This document shows positions 20,281 through 29,348 of a stretch of 64,000 nucleotides of DNA, one piece after another. The notes under the pieces are model-generated. The model was not told where the DNA came from. It saw only the letters and a program-made list of their open reading frames with translations, and ran no database searches. This DNA is from an uncultured Gammaproteobacteria bacterium (lineage in GTDB: Bacteria; Patescibacteriota; Microgenomatia; Levybacterales; UBA12049), in contig CAZFRF010000001.1 of assembly GCA_964521295.1 (NCBI GenBank), forward strand, positions 71,751 through 135,750, written 5' to 3'. Every line of letters starts with the position of its first letter. The first letter of the stretch is position 1. The position numbers were made by a program, and so were the translations under genes.

Positions 20281-21555
20281 ATGAGCGAAAATCTTATTCT
20301 GAAAACCCTCAAGATAAGGCCATTTTTATATTTAATAGTCTCTGAATTTTTCTCCCAGTTTTCAATGAATCTTTTTAATTTTGTACTCCTAATTATTGTT
20401 TTTTCGATTGCAAAATCTAATACTGCTGTTTCCGGAGTAGTTCTAGCTTTTACTCTACCAGCTATCTTTTTTGGCGTTCTTGCAGGTGTTTTTGTAGACA
20501 GGTGGAACAAGAAAAACGTACTGTTTTTAACTAATATTTTAAGAGCAGTATTAGTAATTATTTTAGCCGTTTATCATGATAATTTACTTTTGATTTATGC
20601 TATTACTTTTGGCGTTTCACTCATTACTCAATTTTTTATTCCTGCAGAAACACCAATTATTCCTGTGCTCGTAGAAAAGAAGTTGTTACTTTCGGCAAAC
20701 GCTTTATTCGGTATGGCTATGTATTCGTCAATCTTTTTTGCTTATGCATTGTCGGGTGCACTTTTATTTTTAGTTGGTAAAAATAACATGTTTATTCTAT
20801 TGGCAGTTTTGTTTTTAATTGCAGCATTTTTTGCATCAATTATAAAAATTAAGCAAAAATATGCTGATAGCTTAGAGAGTAGAGATGCAACTATTACGAT
20901 TACTCAGGATATAAAACAAATAGTAACTTTAATTTATAAAACTAAAAATTTATATCATGCACTTTTTTCTTTGACCCTTGCTCAGCTCTTAGTATATGTA
21001 TTAGCAGTAATAGGTCCGGGTTATGCTCAGACAGTATTAAAAATTAGAGTAGAAAATTTCCCTTTGTTTTTTATAACTCCTGCAATCATTGGCATGGCAA
21101 TTGCAACGGCTATTTTAGGAAGTATATCTCATAAATCTAGTAAATCTGCGTTAACAAAAATTGGACTAGTTCTTCTAGGAGTGGCAATTTTATTAATGCC
21201 TTATGGAAACAAAGTGGAGTCTAGGGAAATTGTTCAGTTAATTAATACTTATTTACCTCACATTTTAAGTATTAATGTATTGCACATAATGACGGTGTTG
21301 GCGTTTGTAATTGGTTTTGCTACAGCATTTGTTTTTGTTCCAGCCAATACAATTCTACAAGAAGAGAGTAGTGATGAAGCAAGAGGAAAAATTTATGGAT
21401 TTTTAAATACCTTCGTTGGCTTGGTTTCATTTCTCCCCGTACTAATGGTAGGAAGTCTTGCTGATATAATTGGAGTTAAGGCAGTAATTACGATAATTGG
21501 AATAATCGTACTTGTTGTTGCCGGGATAAGAATATTTATAACTGATAGAAAATAA
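20281..21555 (+). CDS. MFS transporter
   Basis: AGVFVDRWNKK motif A; about 12 TM helices; RGKIYG. Confidence 0.92.
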   Translation: MSENLILKTLKIRPFLYLIVSEFFSQFSMNLFNFVLLIIVFSIAKSNTAVSGVVLAFTLPAIFFGVLAGVFVDRWNKKNVLFLTNILRAVLVIILAVYHDNLLLIYAITFGVSLITQFFIPAETPIIPVLVEKKLLLSANALFGMAMYSSIFFAYALSGALLFLVGKNNMFILLAVLFLIAAFFASIIKIKQKYADSLESRDATITITQDIKQIVTLIYKTKNLYHALFSLTLAQLLVYVLAVIGPGYAQTVLKIRVENFPLFFITPAIIGMAIATAILGSISHKSSKSALTKIGLVLLGVAILLMPYGNKVESREIVQLINTYLPHILSINVLHIMTVLAFVIGFATAFVFVPANTILQEESSDEARGKIYGFLNTFVGLVSFLPVLMVGSLADIIGVKAVITIIGIIVLVVAGIRIFITDRK

Positions 21556-21556
21556 T

Positions 21557-22237
21557 ATGTTGATAATTTTAACAATTTCTTTTTTAATTTTTTTATATAA
21601 TTTATATTATTTTTCTAAAGAAGATTTTTTAATTGTTAGAAAGGGAATTAGTTTAGAGAAAATTTTAAATGCTGCATTTATTACAAGTTTTATTGCTTTA
21701 TTCTTTGCTAGATTTTTCCATGTATTATTTAATCCAAAACCATACTTTTTAAATATTGTTGGTTTTATAGATTTTCCTTATCTTCCAGGACTTTCTGTTT
21801 TGGGAGGAATGATCTCTGCACTTGTCTTCTTAGCAATTTATTGTCGGCATAAAAAATATCCTATTGGTAAATTTTTAGATTTATTTACTCTGTCGTTTAT
21901 TGCCGTTATGCCAATTGGATTTTTAATGAATTTTATTTTTTCTTTTGCTAAAACAGATTATATTTTTAATCTATTATTTATTTTTGTTATTATTCTTTCT
22001 TTGATTTTTATAAAAATTGTTTATAAGCTTACGGAAAAAGGGGAGATAAAGGATGGAAGCTTCTCTTTAATTTATTTAGCAATTTTTTCATTAATTTATT
22101 TTTTAATAAAATTATTTGTAGATATTAAAAATTTTTCCTTTAACATTGAAAATATTACTTTATTTTTTACTATTTTTGCCTCTCTTATTCTTTTGGTAAA
22201 TCATGAAATAATGAATAAGATTTTAGATAAAAAATGA
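21557..22237 (+). CDS. Prolipoprotein diacylglyceryl transferase-like membrane protein (divergent)
   Basis: FARFFHV, GLSVLGG and FLDL resemble the Lgt scaffold. Confidence 0.6.
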   Translation: MLIILTISFLIFLYNLYYFSKEDFLIVRKGISLEKILNAAFITSFIALFFARFFHVLFNPKPYFLNIVGFIDFPYLPGLSVLGGMISALVFLAIYCRHKKYPIGKFLDLFTLSFIAVMPIGFLMNFIFSFAKTDYIFNLLFIFVIILSLIFIKIVYKLTEKGEIKDGSFSLIYLAIFSLIYFLIKLFVDIKNFSFNIENITLFFTIFASLILLVNHEIMNKILDKK

Positions 22238-22944
22238 ACACCATAAAAATTATTTATGAAGACAATAATCTCATTGTCTTAGATAAACCAGCAGGTATAA
22301 CAGTTAATAAGTCTGATACAACCAAGGATGAAAGAACTGTTCAGGATTTTGTTGCTGAAGTTAACCCTCTAGAAGCAACAGAAGATAAAACTTCAGATTT
22401 TTTCCTGCGAAATGGAATCGTTCATCGAATCGATAAAGAAACCTCAGGAATTTTACTAGTTTCTAAGAATAAAGAGGCATTTGAAAACTTACAACTCCAA
22501 TTTAAAGAAAGAAGAGTTCATAAAACCTATATCGCTCTTTCTCATGGTAAGGTTGTTTCTGATAGTGGAGAAATTATTGTGCCCGTAGGAAGGCTGCCTT
22601 GGAATAGGAAAAGATTTGGTGTATTAGCGGGAGGAAAAGATGCAATTACAAGCTACAAAGTAATTGAAAGATTTGAGAAACCATTTACTCTTTTAGAATT
22701 AAATCCAAAAACCGGTAGAACGCATCAGATAAGGGTGCATCTTAAATATTTTAACCATCCTATTTTTGGAGATTATCTTTATGCTGGCAGAAAAACATCA
22801 AGAGATGATAGGAAGATTTTGGAAAGAGTATTTTTACATGCATATAAAATTTCTTTTGAAAATCCGCAAAGTGGGGAAGTAATGAATTTTGAAAGCCCTC
22901 TACCTTTTGAGCTAGAGCAAACATTGAATTACGTCAGAGATTGA
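22234..22944 (+). CDS. RluA-family pseudouridine synthase
   Basis: DKPAG, HRIDKETSG, TGRTHQIRVH. Confidence 0.96.
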   Translation: MNTIKIIYEDNNLIVLDKPAGITVNKSDTTKDERTVQDFVAEVNPLEATEDKTSDFFLRNGIVHRIDKETSGILLVSKNKEAFENLQLQFKERRVHKTYIALSHGKVVSDSGEIIVPVGRLPWNRKRFGVLAGGKDAITSYKVIERFEKPFTLLELNPKTGRTHQIRVHLKYFNHPIFGDYLYAGRKTSRDDRKILERVFLHAYKISFENPQSGEVMNFESPLPFELEQTLNYVRD

Positions 22945-22993
22945 CATTAAATTAAAAAATTGAGATCCTATATTAACAGGAGGTGAAATAATT

Positions 22994-23128
22994 ATGGGAA
23001 GTTTCGGCGGTTTTTATAAAGGGGAAAAGAAAAAATCTAAAAAAGACGGTAAGGCAAAAACAGGTGGTGCAAATGCCCCGGTTTTTGTAATGCCAGAGCT
23101 TATCTCCAAAAAAAAGAAAGACTATTAA
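22994..23128 (+). CDS. Small basic protein (44 aa, not in the ORF track)
   Basis: MGSFGGFYKGEKKKSKK...PVFVMPELISKKKKDY; perfect AGGAGGTG SD; TTGACA at 22941. Confidence 0.75.
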   Translation: MGSFGGFYKGEKKKSKKDGKAKTGGANAPVFVMPELISKKKKDY

Positions 23129-23138
23129 TTTAAATTCA

Positions 23139-23927
23139 ATGAACCACAAAAAAGCAGAGTCAAGTAATTTGAAGCTTGCAGTTATTTTTATTACTGTTGT
23201 TGTTTTTTTTATTTTGTTTTCTGTAGTATTGAAATTTGCTTTTTTAGTTAAGGAAAGTAAATTTGACGGTAATAATAAATTTAATGTTCAAATCATTGAT
23301 TCGCAAAAAACAGAAATAATCTCTTTTTCTCCAAGTGATAATTCAATTTCAATTTTAAAGATTGGACGACGTATTAATGGAGATTTAAGTCGCAACCTAC
23401 AGGTGCCAATTGATGGTATCGTAGTTTACGAAAAAAACTTTAATGATTCAAAGATTACTTCCTCTCTGATTGCTGGCTTATTAAATAATAAAATTTATAA
23501 AATGACATCATTTGATTTGGCTCGACTTGCCTTGTTTTCGAGACGTGTTCAGAAGAGCTCTACTTATACCCGTAATTATGTAGAAAATTATTCTCCAACT
23601 CAAAAATTTAACATTTTATATTTAACTTTTAAAGACCCATTGATCTTTACGGAAAATCAGAGTATTGAAATTATTAATGCAACAGATGAGTATGGGTTAG
23701 GGAATAGGCTGGCAACATTTATCTCTGCAATGGGTGGAAATGTAATCTTTGTTAAAGGGGACGAGGTTCAAGAAAAGTCACAGATTACTTATAATGATAA
23801 GGAATCTTACACTGTTAAGAGAATTAAATCTGTAATTAACTTCCCAGCAGTAAAAACTGAGGAAAGAGGAGTAGCAGATGTTATAATTGTAATAGGTAAA
23901 GATGCTTTAAAGAAATTAAATTTTTAA
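23139..23927 (+). CDS. Membrane protein with LytR C-terminal-like domain
   Basis: N-terminal TM; IEIINAT..GLG...ADVIIVIGKD. Confidence 0.78.
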   Translation: MNHKKAESSNLKLAVIFITVVVFFILFSVVLKFAFLVKESKFDGNNKFNVQIIDSQKTEIISFSPSDNSISILKIGRRINGDLSRNLQVPIDGIVVYEKNFNDSKITSSLIAGLLNNKIYKMTSFDLARLALFSRRVQKSSTYTRNYVENYSPTQKFNILYLTFKDPLIFTENQSIEIINATDEYGLGNRLATFISAMGGNVIFVKGDEVQEKSQITYNDKESYTVKRIKSVINFPAVKTEERGVADVIIVIGKDALKKLNF

Positions 23928-23928
23928 T

Positions 23929-24075
23929 ATGTTTTTTGTAGCAATAATTATTATTTTTATAATCTCTTTTTTATTAGCCCTAAGATCACTTAAGGGATTA
24001 AATGAAAAACCTAAAATGGGTTATGTAAAAAAGAGTTTAGATAAACATAGGGTTATTTATCAGTCTTCAGAATAG
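23929..24075 (+). CDS. Small single-TM protein (48 aa, not in the ORF track)
   Basis: MFFVAIIIIFIISFLLALRSLKGL... starts 1 nt after the previous stop codon. Confidence 0.6.
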   Translation: MFFVAIIIIFIISFLLALRSLKGLNEKPKMGYVKKSLDKHRVIYQSSE

Positions 24076-24740
24076 GAGTCATCATCGTCGTCTTTTTCAT
24101 TTAGTTTTCTTGCTTCTTTACTAACAGTTAAAGAAGATTCGCTATTAGATAAAAAGGAGGGGTTTTCTTTAAAGCGGGAGGTTTTCTTAATTTCTTTAAT
24201 GAAAATACTAACCTTATGCGTTGATGACGACTTAACGAAAGCATCATATGTGCAGCCACCATTCATAAATTTAATTAACCTTTTTGCTATATCATCAGGT
24301 AATACTCCAATATATTGAGTTTGATCTTCAACAAATATTTTCGAGCGTTTTATAACTAGAGTTAATCCTTTTCCAGTTCTTAAGCCTTCGATGATTTTGG
24401 GTTGGGCTGTATTAATAAGTTCAATGACCTTGGTTTTACCAGGTTCTTCTAAGAAACTATTGTTTATTCTGTATTCCGTAGGATCTGTTTCTTTAATATT
24501 TTTTTCTTTAAGTTTTTTTAAATTTCTTAAGGCAATTGAATTAAGTGGGTCGATATCAACTACCTTTTGGTATGCGGATTTTGCTTCTTTTAATTTACCA
24601 ACTATGGTGTAGGCGAGTGCTAGTCTATTGAGGGCGTCGATGTCTTGAGGATTTTCCTTAACTAAGTCTTTGTTTAAGCTAATTGCTTCTGTCCAATTTC
24701 CTTCTAATGCAGTTTGTATTGCTTGATTTTTAAGTGTCAT
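24060..24740 (-). CDS. Tetratricopeptide-repeat protein
   Basis: ALNRLALAY...AYQKVVDIDPLNSIA TPR; FLEEPGKTK. Confidence 0.85.
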   Translation of the reverse strand: MTLKNQAIQTALEGNWTEAISLNKDLVKENPQDIDALNRLALAYTIVGKLKEAKSAYQKVVDIDPLNSIALRNLKKLKEKNIKETDPTEYRINNSFLEEPGKTKVIELINTAQPKIIEGLRTGKGLTLVIKRSKIFVEDQTQYIGVLPDDIAKRLIKFMNGGCTYDAFVKSSSTHKVSIFIKEIKKTSRFKENPSFLSNSESSLTVSKEARKLNEKDDDDDSYSED

Positions 24741-24819
24741 TTTTAAGTCCGATTAATGAGAAATTTTAACTTAAATTTATTGCAAAAGTCAATAGAGAAA
24801 AGGTATAATATGTAGGTTT

Positions 24820-25542
24820 ATGAGTGGTCATTCGAAGTGGGCAACCATTAAAAGACAAAAAGGGTTAAATGATAAAAAAAGAGGAGCTACTTTTACAAAG
24901 CTTTCAAATGCAATAACAATTGCAGTTAAGCAAGGTGGGGGAATTGGTGATCCTGATCAAAACTTCAGATTAAGGCTTGCAGTTGATGCAGCTAGGGCTT
25001 CAAACATGCCTAAGGAAAATATTGAGAGAGCAATTAAAAGAGCTCAAGGTAAAGATATGGGAGAGATTTCCGAAGTTATTTATGAAGGGTTTGCTCCTGG
25101 CGGCGTTTCGGTTATGATTGAAGCAGCGACTGACAATTCAGCTCGAACAACCTCTGAAGTTAAAAATATTTTCTCAAAACACGCTGGATCATTTGGTCAA
25201 CCTGGTTCTGTTGCTTATCAATTTAAGCAGATTGGAAGAATTACTGTTGCTAAAAATGGAAAGAGTTTCGATGATATTTTTGCAATCGCATTAGACGCTG
25301 GAGCAGAGGACATTAAAGACATAGTAGACGAAGTATATGTTGATACATTAGTTGCTGATTTATCTAAGGTAAAAATAGCTTTAGAACAAGCTGGATTAAC
25401 AATTCTTGCCGCAGAGCTTGTTAGAGAACCAGTAGTTGGTATGGAGGTTAACGATGATGAGACTTTGGCTAAAGTTGATTCATTCGTAACGTTACTTGAG
25501 GAATTAGACGACGTTCAAAAAGTTTATACAAATTTAGCTTAA
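24820..25542 (+). CDS. YebC/PmpR family protein
   Basis: MSGHSKWATIKRQK, YEG, TDN, DDVQKVYTN. Confidence 0.97.
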   Translation: MSGHSKWATIKRQKGLNDKKRGATFTKLSNAITIAVKQGGGIGDPDQNFRLRLAVDAARASNMPKENIERAIKRAQGKDMGEISEVIYEGFAPGGVSVMIEAATDNSARTTSEVKNIFSKHAGSFGQPGSVAYQFKQIGRITVAKNGKSFDDIFAIALDAGAEDIKDIVDEVYVDTLVADLSKVKIALEQAGLTILAAELVREPVVGMEVNDDETLAKVDSFVTLLEELDDVQKVYTNLA

Positions 25543-25545
25543 TTT

Positions 25546-26391
25546 ATGATTTTTCCCAAAAAACTTCCAGGAAAGCAGTTAATAAAAACTAAGCCTAAAA
25601 TTATTAACACCTTACTTAAATTTATTACTAACAAGAGACAAAAGTTTATTCTTTCAGTTGCCATTCTCTCCGTCGGACTTTTTATTGCAGAATACGTATT
25701 AGGGAAGTCAGGTATCATAATGGTAATATCTCTTGCTTTCTTAACATCTTTATTTTTATATCTATCTCTAAGGCAGGATTTTAAAGAAGGATTTACGCCT
25801 CAGGTTTTAATCTTACCTTTTTTCTATAGCTTAGCGATCGGACTTTTCTATTTACTTGTTCCTGCAAGGCTTTTAACTAGGGTAGGAATGACCTTTTTAT
25901 ATTCTTTGGGACTTTACTCATTGTTTTTATCAGAAAACATTTTTGCGGTTTCTACGATTCGTACGATTCAACTATTATCAGGCGCAAGAACTGTCACTTT
26001 GGTAATAACGCTTCTTTCTTACTTTTTTTTGTCTAACGTAGTTTTCTCTTTTCACATAAATATTTTCATAACATTACTTCTGGTTTTCATCTATACCTTT
26101 GCAATTGTTTTGCAATCGGTCTGGTCATATACTCTTGAGAAGAAGTTTTTTTCAGAAGTCTTTTGGGTTTTAACATTATCAATTTGCTTAGTCGAGGTGG
26201 CAGCATTTTTATGGTTTTATTTAGCAAGCCCAACGGTTATAGCTCTTTTCTTAACCTCCATTTTTTATGTTGTCTTGGGCCTAACACATGTTTGGTTTGA
26301 GAAGAGACTCTTTAGGGGAGTAATAATTGAATATTTCTGGGTTACAGTAATTTCTTTCCTCTTTTTGATTTTTTTCTCAGGATTGATCTAG
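25546..26391 (+). CDS. Multi-pass membrane protein
   Basis: About 8-9 TM helices; ENIF...RTIQL loop. Confidence 0.8.
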   Translation: MIFPKKLPGKQLIKTKPKIINTLLKFITNKRQKFILSVAILSVGLFIAEYVLGKSGIIMVISLAFLTSLFLYLSLRQDFKEGFTPQVLILPFFYSLAIGLFYLLVPARLLTRVGMTFLYSLGLYSLFLSENIFAVSTIRTIQLLSGARTVTLVITLLSYFFLSNVVFSFHINIFITLLLVFIYTFAIVLQSVWSYTLEKKFFSEVFWVLTLSICLVEVAAFLWFYLASPTVIALFLTSIFYVVLGLTHVWFEKRLFRGVIIEYFWVTVISFLFLIFFSGLI

Positions 26392-26430
26392 CTTCTTGAA
26401 GTATTAAACCCTATAGTATATAATACCACA

Positions 26431-27096
26431 ATGCGTGAGAATGTTGTAAATAGTTTTTTTGCAGTAGAACCTCAAGTACATCCTAAATCTCTAGCTTTGG
26501 TTGGAAGAAGCGTTGCAGCGGGTTTAGAGTTAGGTGAATATAGGTACCTTAGAGGAGGAAGGCTACGAATTGTAAAGAAAATAGCTCAAACTTTAGTCTT
26601 TAATTCAGCTTTACTTGATATTGAAATACCACCTGTGGGTCATGACATGGGATATGTATATGACGGCTTGGGTAATCGTGAGGATCATTACGCCCATCTT
26701 GGATCTATTGATGGAAAAGCAGGAATAATATTTTCCGATTTGTATCTTAGAGCTTTAATTACTCCCGATAGATATGGTAGAGATATGGATTGGAGAGGGG
26801 AAACTATTCAAAGTGTAACTGCACATGAATGCTTTCATATTAAACAACTATTCGATTTTCCTTGGAAGCTGAAGCAAGATGCAGCAAAACACTCAATATC
26901 ATCTGAACTCTGGGAAACAACAAGAACAGAAATAGGGGCACAAAGGTATGCATGTGTATATGAAGCTGAGAGAACTCGATTAGCAAGAGAAAGAAATACA
27001 CGTCTGTTTTTAGAGAATATGGGTATTGATCCTACAGGAATTATTGATCAGAGCGATCAAGTAGCTGCAGTAGCCTCATTAGTAGTAAAAAAATAG
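26431..27096 (+). CDS. Hypothetical protein with HExxH zincin motif
   Basis: AHECFH and a downstream E in TEIGA; TTGAAG-17-TATAAT 6 nt before the ATG. Confidence 0.72.
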   Translation: MRENVVNSFFAVEPQVHPKSLALVGRSVAAGLELGEYRYLRGGRLRIVKKIAQTLVFNSALLDIEIPPVGHDMGYVYDGLGNREDHYAHLGSIDGKAGIIFSDLYLRALITPDRYGRDMDWRGETIQSVTAHECFHIKQLFDFPWKLKQDAAKHSISSELWETTRTEIGAQRYACVYEAERTRLARERNTRLFLENMGIDPTGIIDQSDQVAAVASLVVKK

Positions 27097-27666
27097 CCTC
27101 ATTTAGCCTCAAAATATTACACTAATCATGGCTAGGGAAGAGAAGTGAGGGTAGTTAAGGTCGGGAATTGAGTGATATAGTTTGATACAGATGATACAGT
27201 TTGATATAGTATTTAAATTTACCCCATAATAATTATAGGACTAAAATGTGGATATCTTGCATCTATTTTCACAGGATTTTTGAAGCTAAGCCTCGACTTT
27301 TCACGACATAGGTAGCCTCAGGCTAGGCTACTTCACATATGATCCAAGGCTAAACACTCAGTAATACGAAAAAAACTCGAACGCTTATTTAGTATAGAGC
27401 ACCCCAATAAGGGATGTGCTAATCTATTGATATTTAGCCTCAAAAATGAACGATTAGATTGATTTAACAATCTAAATTTCAACATGGTTTAATATCCCCG
27501 GGGAGAGACATATAAGTGTTCGGGAAAATTAAAAATAATTTGTCCTAGGTCACTACAGAGGAAGAGCTTGTGCATTGTTATAAGAGAAGAAAGAGTTAAT
27601 TATCTCCCTTAGTGAGTCATTAGCAATTTTTTGATCTATATAACCCCAAGGAAAGAGAAATTGATT

Positions 27667-27694
27667 ATGTCGCACAATAATACTTTTACGACGT
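27667..27694. other. Putative dif (chromosome dimer resolution) site
   Basis: ATGTCGCACAA-TAATAC-TTTTACGACGT, 11-6-11 with 8/11 inverted match; purine skew flips here; Xer gene 1.6 kb away. Confidence 0.7.
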
Positions 27695-27926
27695 CACTCG
27701 TGGCTAAAACCCGGGAGAAGTGGTCTTTTTCCCAATGGTTTTCTACGAATATTTTTGTAAATCTTTACATTCTGTATCGTCTCTTTATATTTATTCCTCT
27801 ATTTTTCCCCAGGTCTATAATTCATATATGTCCCCTACTATAGGTTTGATATTTTTAATAAAAATGAGGCTAAATGAAGCTAATAATTAACAACTATTGT
27901 CATTCTCCAGCCTTGGAGCAGGAGTT

Positions 27927-28799
27927 TTAAGCTTCTTTTTGCTTTAAAGCTGCTCCTACCATGGATCCGATATGGTATCCAGCTAGATCTGCAGCTTGAT
28001 GAGGCTCACCAGCTTTTTTCATTAATTTATATCTTAAAAGATCAGTTATTCTTGCCATATTGGTATAAATATGTCTATAAGCAGGATTAAATAATACATC
28101 TTTTAATCTATCTTTTTCATTTGAAAGTAATCCAGGAATAAACGTGCCCCAAAAATGGTAAGTATCCGCGGCGGGATCTGGATATATACCGGAAATAGGT
28201 TCGAATGTGCTTACGCAATCTCTCCATTTTTTAATTTCTTCCGTGGAGTAAGCTAAGCGTTCATCAAGAGTTGTGTCACTATCTCTAGCAATAGATCTTG
28301 CGCCTCCATGAGCGATTACAGCAGCTCCTAGGACGCTACCTTGACCTAAATCAAGACCAATTTGGAATTGTTCAGGAATGGTAACTTGTCGGTTGTTTGT
28401 ATCAGCTAGTTCAATAACTCTATCTACAAATCTTCTTGATGTATCTGTTGGAAAGTTATCATAGGGTATAAAGCCCGAATGCATATCTGTGAAGGCGCTC
28501 ATAAGCGCTAAATGATATCCCTGACTAAATCGATTAGTAGACCATGGTAAGTATCTAATATCTGGTGTTTGTGAGCCTAGCGCTTGCTGTACCAAGTCAA
28601 CTTCTAATAAGTCTAAAGTCGGATTTGGATGGCTTCGAGGACTAACATATGGTGTTTCTAGGGCTTGGTACGACTCAAAGAATATTCTATTAACGGTCAA
28701 ATCAGGGTCAGCTCCCAATATTCCAGATTTTCCTGCAGTAAATACAGTTTTTAATTTTGTACGAAAAGATTCTGGGTTTCTAGGTTTAAGTCTTTCCAT
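27927..28799 (-). CDS. Hypothetical protein
   Basis: 290-aa ORF with a DTYHFWG motif; no family recognised. Confidence 0.75.
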   Translation of the reverse strand: MERLKPRNPESFRTKLKTVFTAGKSGILGADPDLTVNRIFFESYQALETPYVSPRSHPNPTLDLLEVDLVQQALGSQTPDIRYLPWSTNRFSQGYHLALMSAFTDMHSGFIPYDNFPTDTSRRFVDRVIELADTNNRQVTIPEQFQIGLDLGQGSVLGAAVIAHGGARSIARDSDTTLDERLAYSTEEIKKWRDCVSTFEPISGIYPDPAADTYHFWGTFIPGLLSNEKDRLKDVLFNPAYRHIYTNMARITDLLRYKLMKKAGEPHQAADLAGYHIGSMVGAALKQKEA

Positions 28800-28813
28800 A
28801 TTGGTGAATAGAA

Positions 28814-29269
28814 TTAATAGTCTGCAGCTGTAAAGCTATTATGTTGTCCCGCGAACACGTAGCACATAACATCTTTTAACTGTTGCTTAGGAGTTTCTCC
28901 CCAAGGCAAATCTAAGTATTGTTTTGCCTGTGCGCAAGAAAATGCTGCAGTTTGTTCTCCATGGCCTGCATCAAAAACGATTGCTGGCTCTATCATTGTA
29001 TCTTTAGGCAGAATACCTGCTGTTGTTACATTGGTTGGACCATCGCCCACAAAACCAACAACAACCGGTACGTCTCTATTGGTCATAATTAAAGTATAGC
29101 CTCTACCATCTTTGGTTTCACCAGTTTTAAGCTCTTGGTTTAGAGTTGTTTGTCCTGGAAAATTTCCTCCACATGCAAGTAAGGCTGTAGCCGCACAAGC
29201 GGCTAAGGCTGGTTTTTCAAGTCTTTTAGTGGCATTAGATACTGATTCAATTATTCTAGGTCTTTCCAT
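28814..29269 (-). CDS. Putative lipoprotein
   Basis: Hydrophobic stretch ending in the lipobox-like LLAC-GG. Confidence 0.6.
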   Translation of the reverse strand: MERPRIIESVSNATKRLEKPALAACAATALLACGGNFPGQTTLNQELKTGETKDGRGYTLIMTNRDVPVVVGFVGDGPTNVTTAGILPKDTMIEPAIVFDAGHGEQTAAFSCAQAKQYLDLPWGETPKQQLKDVMCYVFAGQHNSFTAADY

Positions 29270-29311
29270 AACAGTAATTATATGCTAACTATAGGTTATA
29301 TGTCAAGTAAC

Positions 29312-29341
29312 TTGACAGCGTACTTCTCCATGTCGCATAAT
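29312..29341 (+). promoter_or_regulatory. Xer promoter overlapped by a dif half-site
   Basis: TTGACA (29312)-18-CATAAT (29336); ATGTCGCATAA at 29330-29340 matches the dif left arm 10/11. Confidence 0.6.
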
Positions 29342-29348
29342 AAAATAG

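Noticed and set aside
27631-27843. 70-aa ORF
   Set aside because: TTG start, no SD or motif, and it overlaps the dif-like site.
27094-27882. MITE defined by the 18-bp inverted repeats
   Set aside because: No target duplication is visible and the same octamer recurs inside and outside the repeats; not excluded without a genome-wide search.
27097-27926. oriC in the long intergenic gap
   Set aside because: Only one near DnaA box (TGTGGATAT), no dnaA nearby, and genes converge rather than diverge; a terminus fits better.
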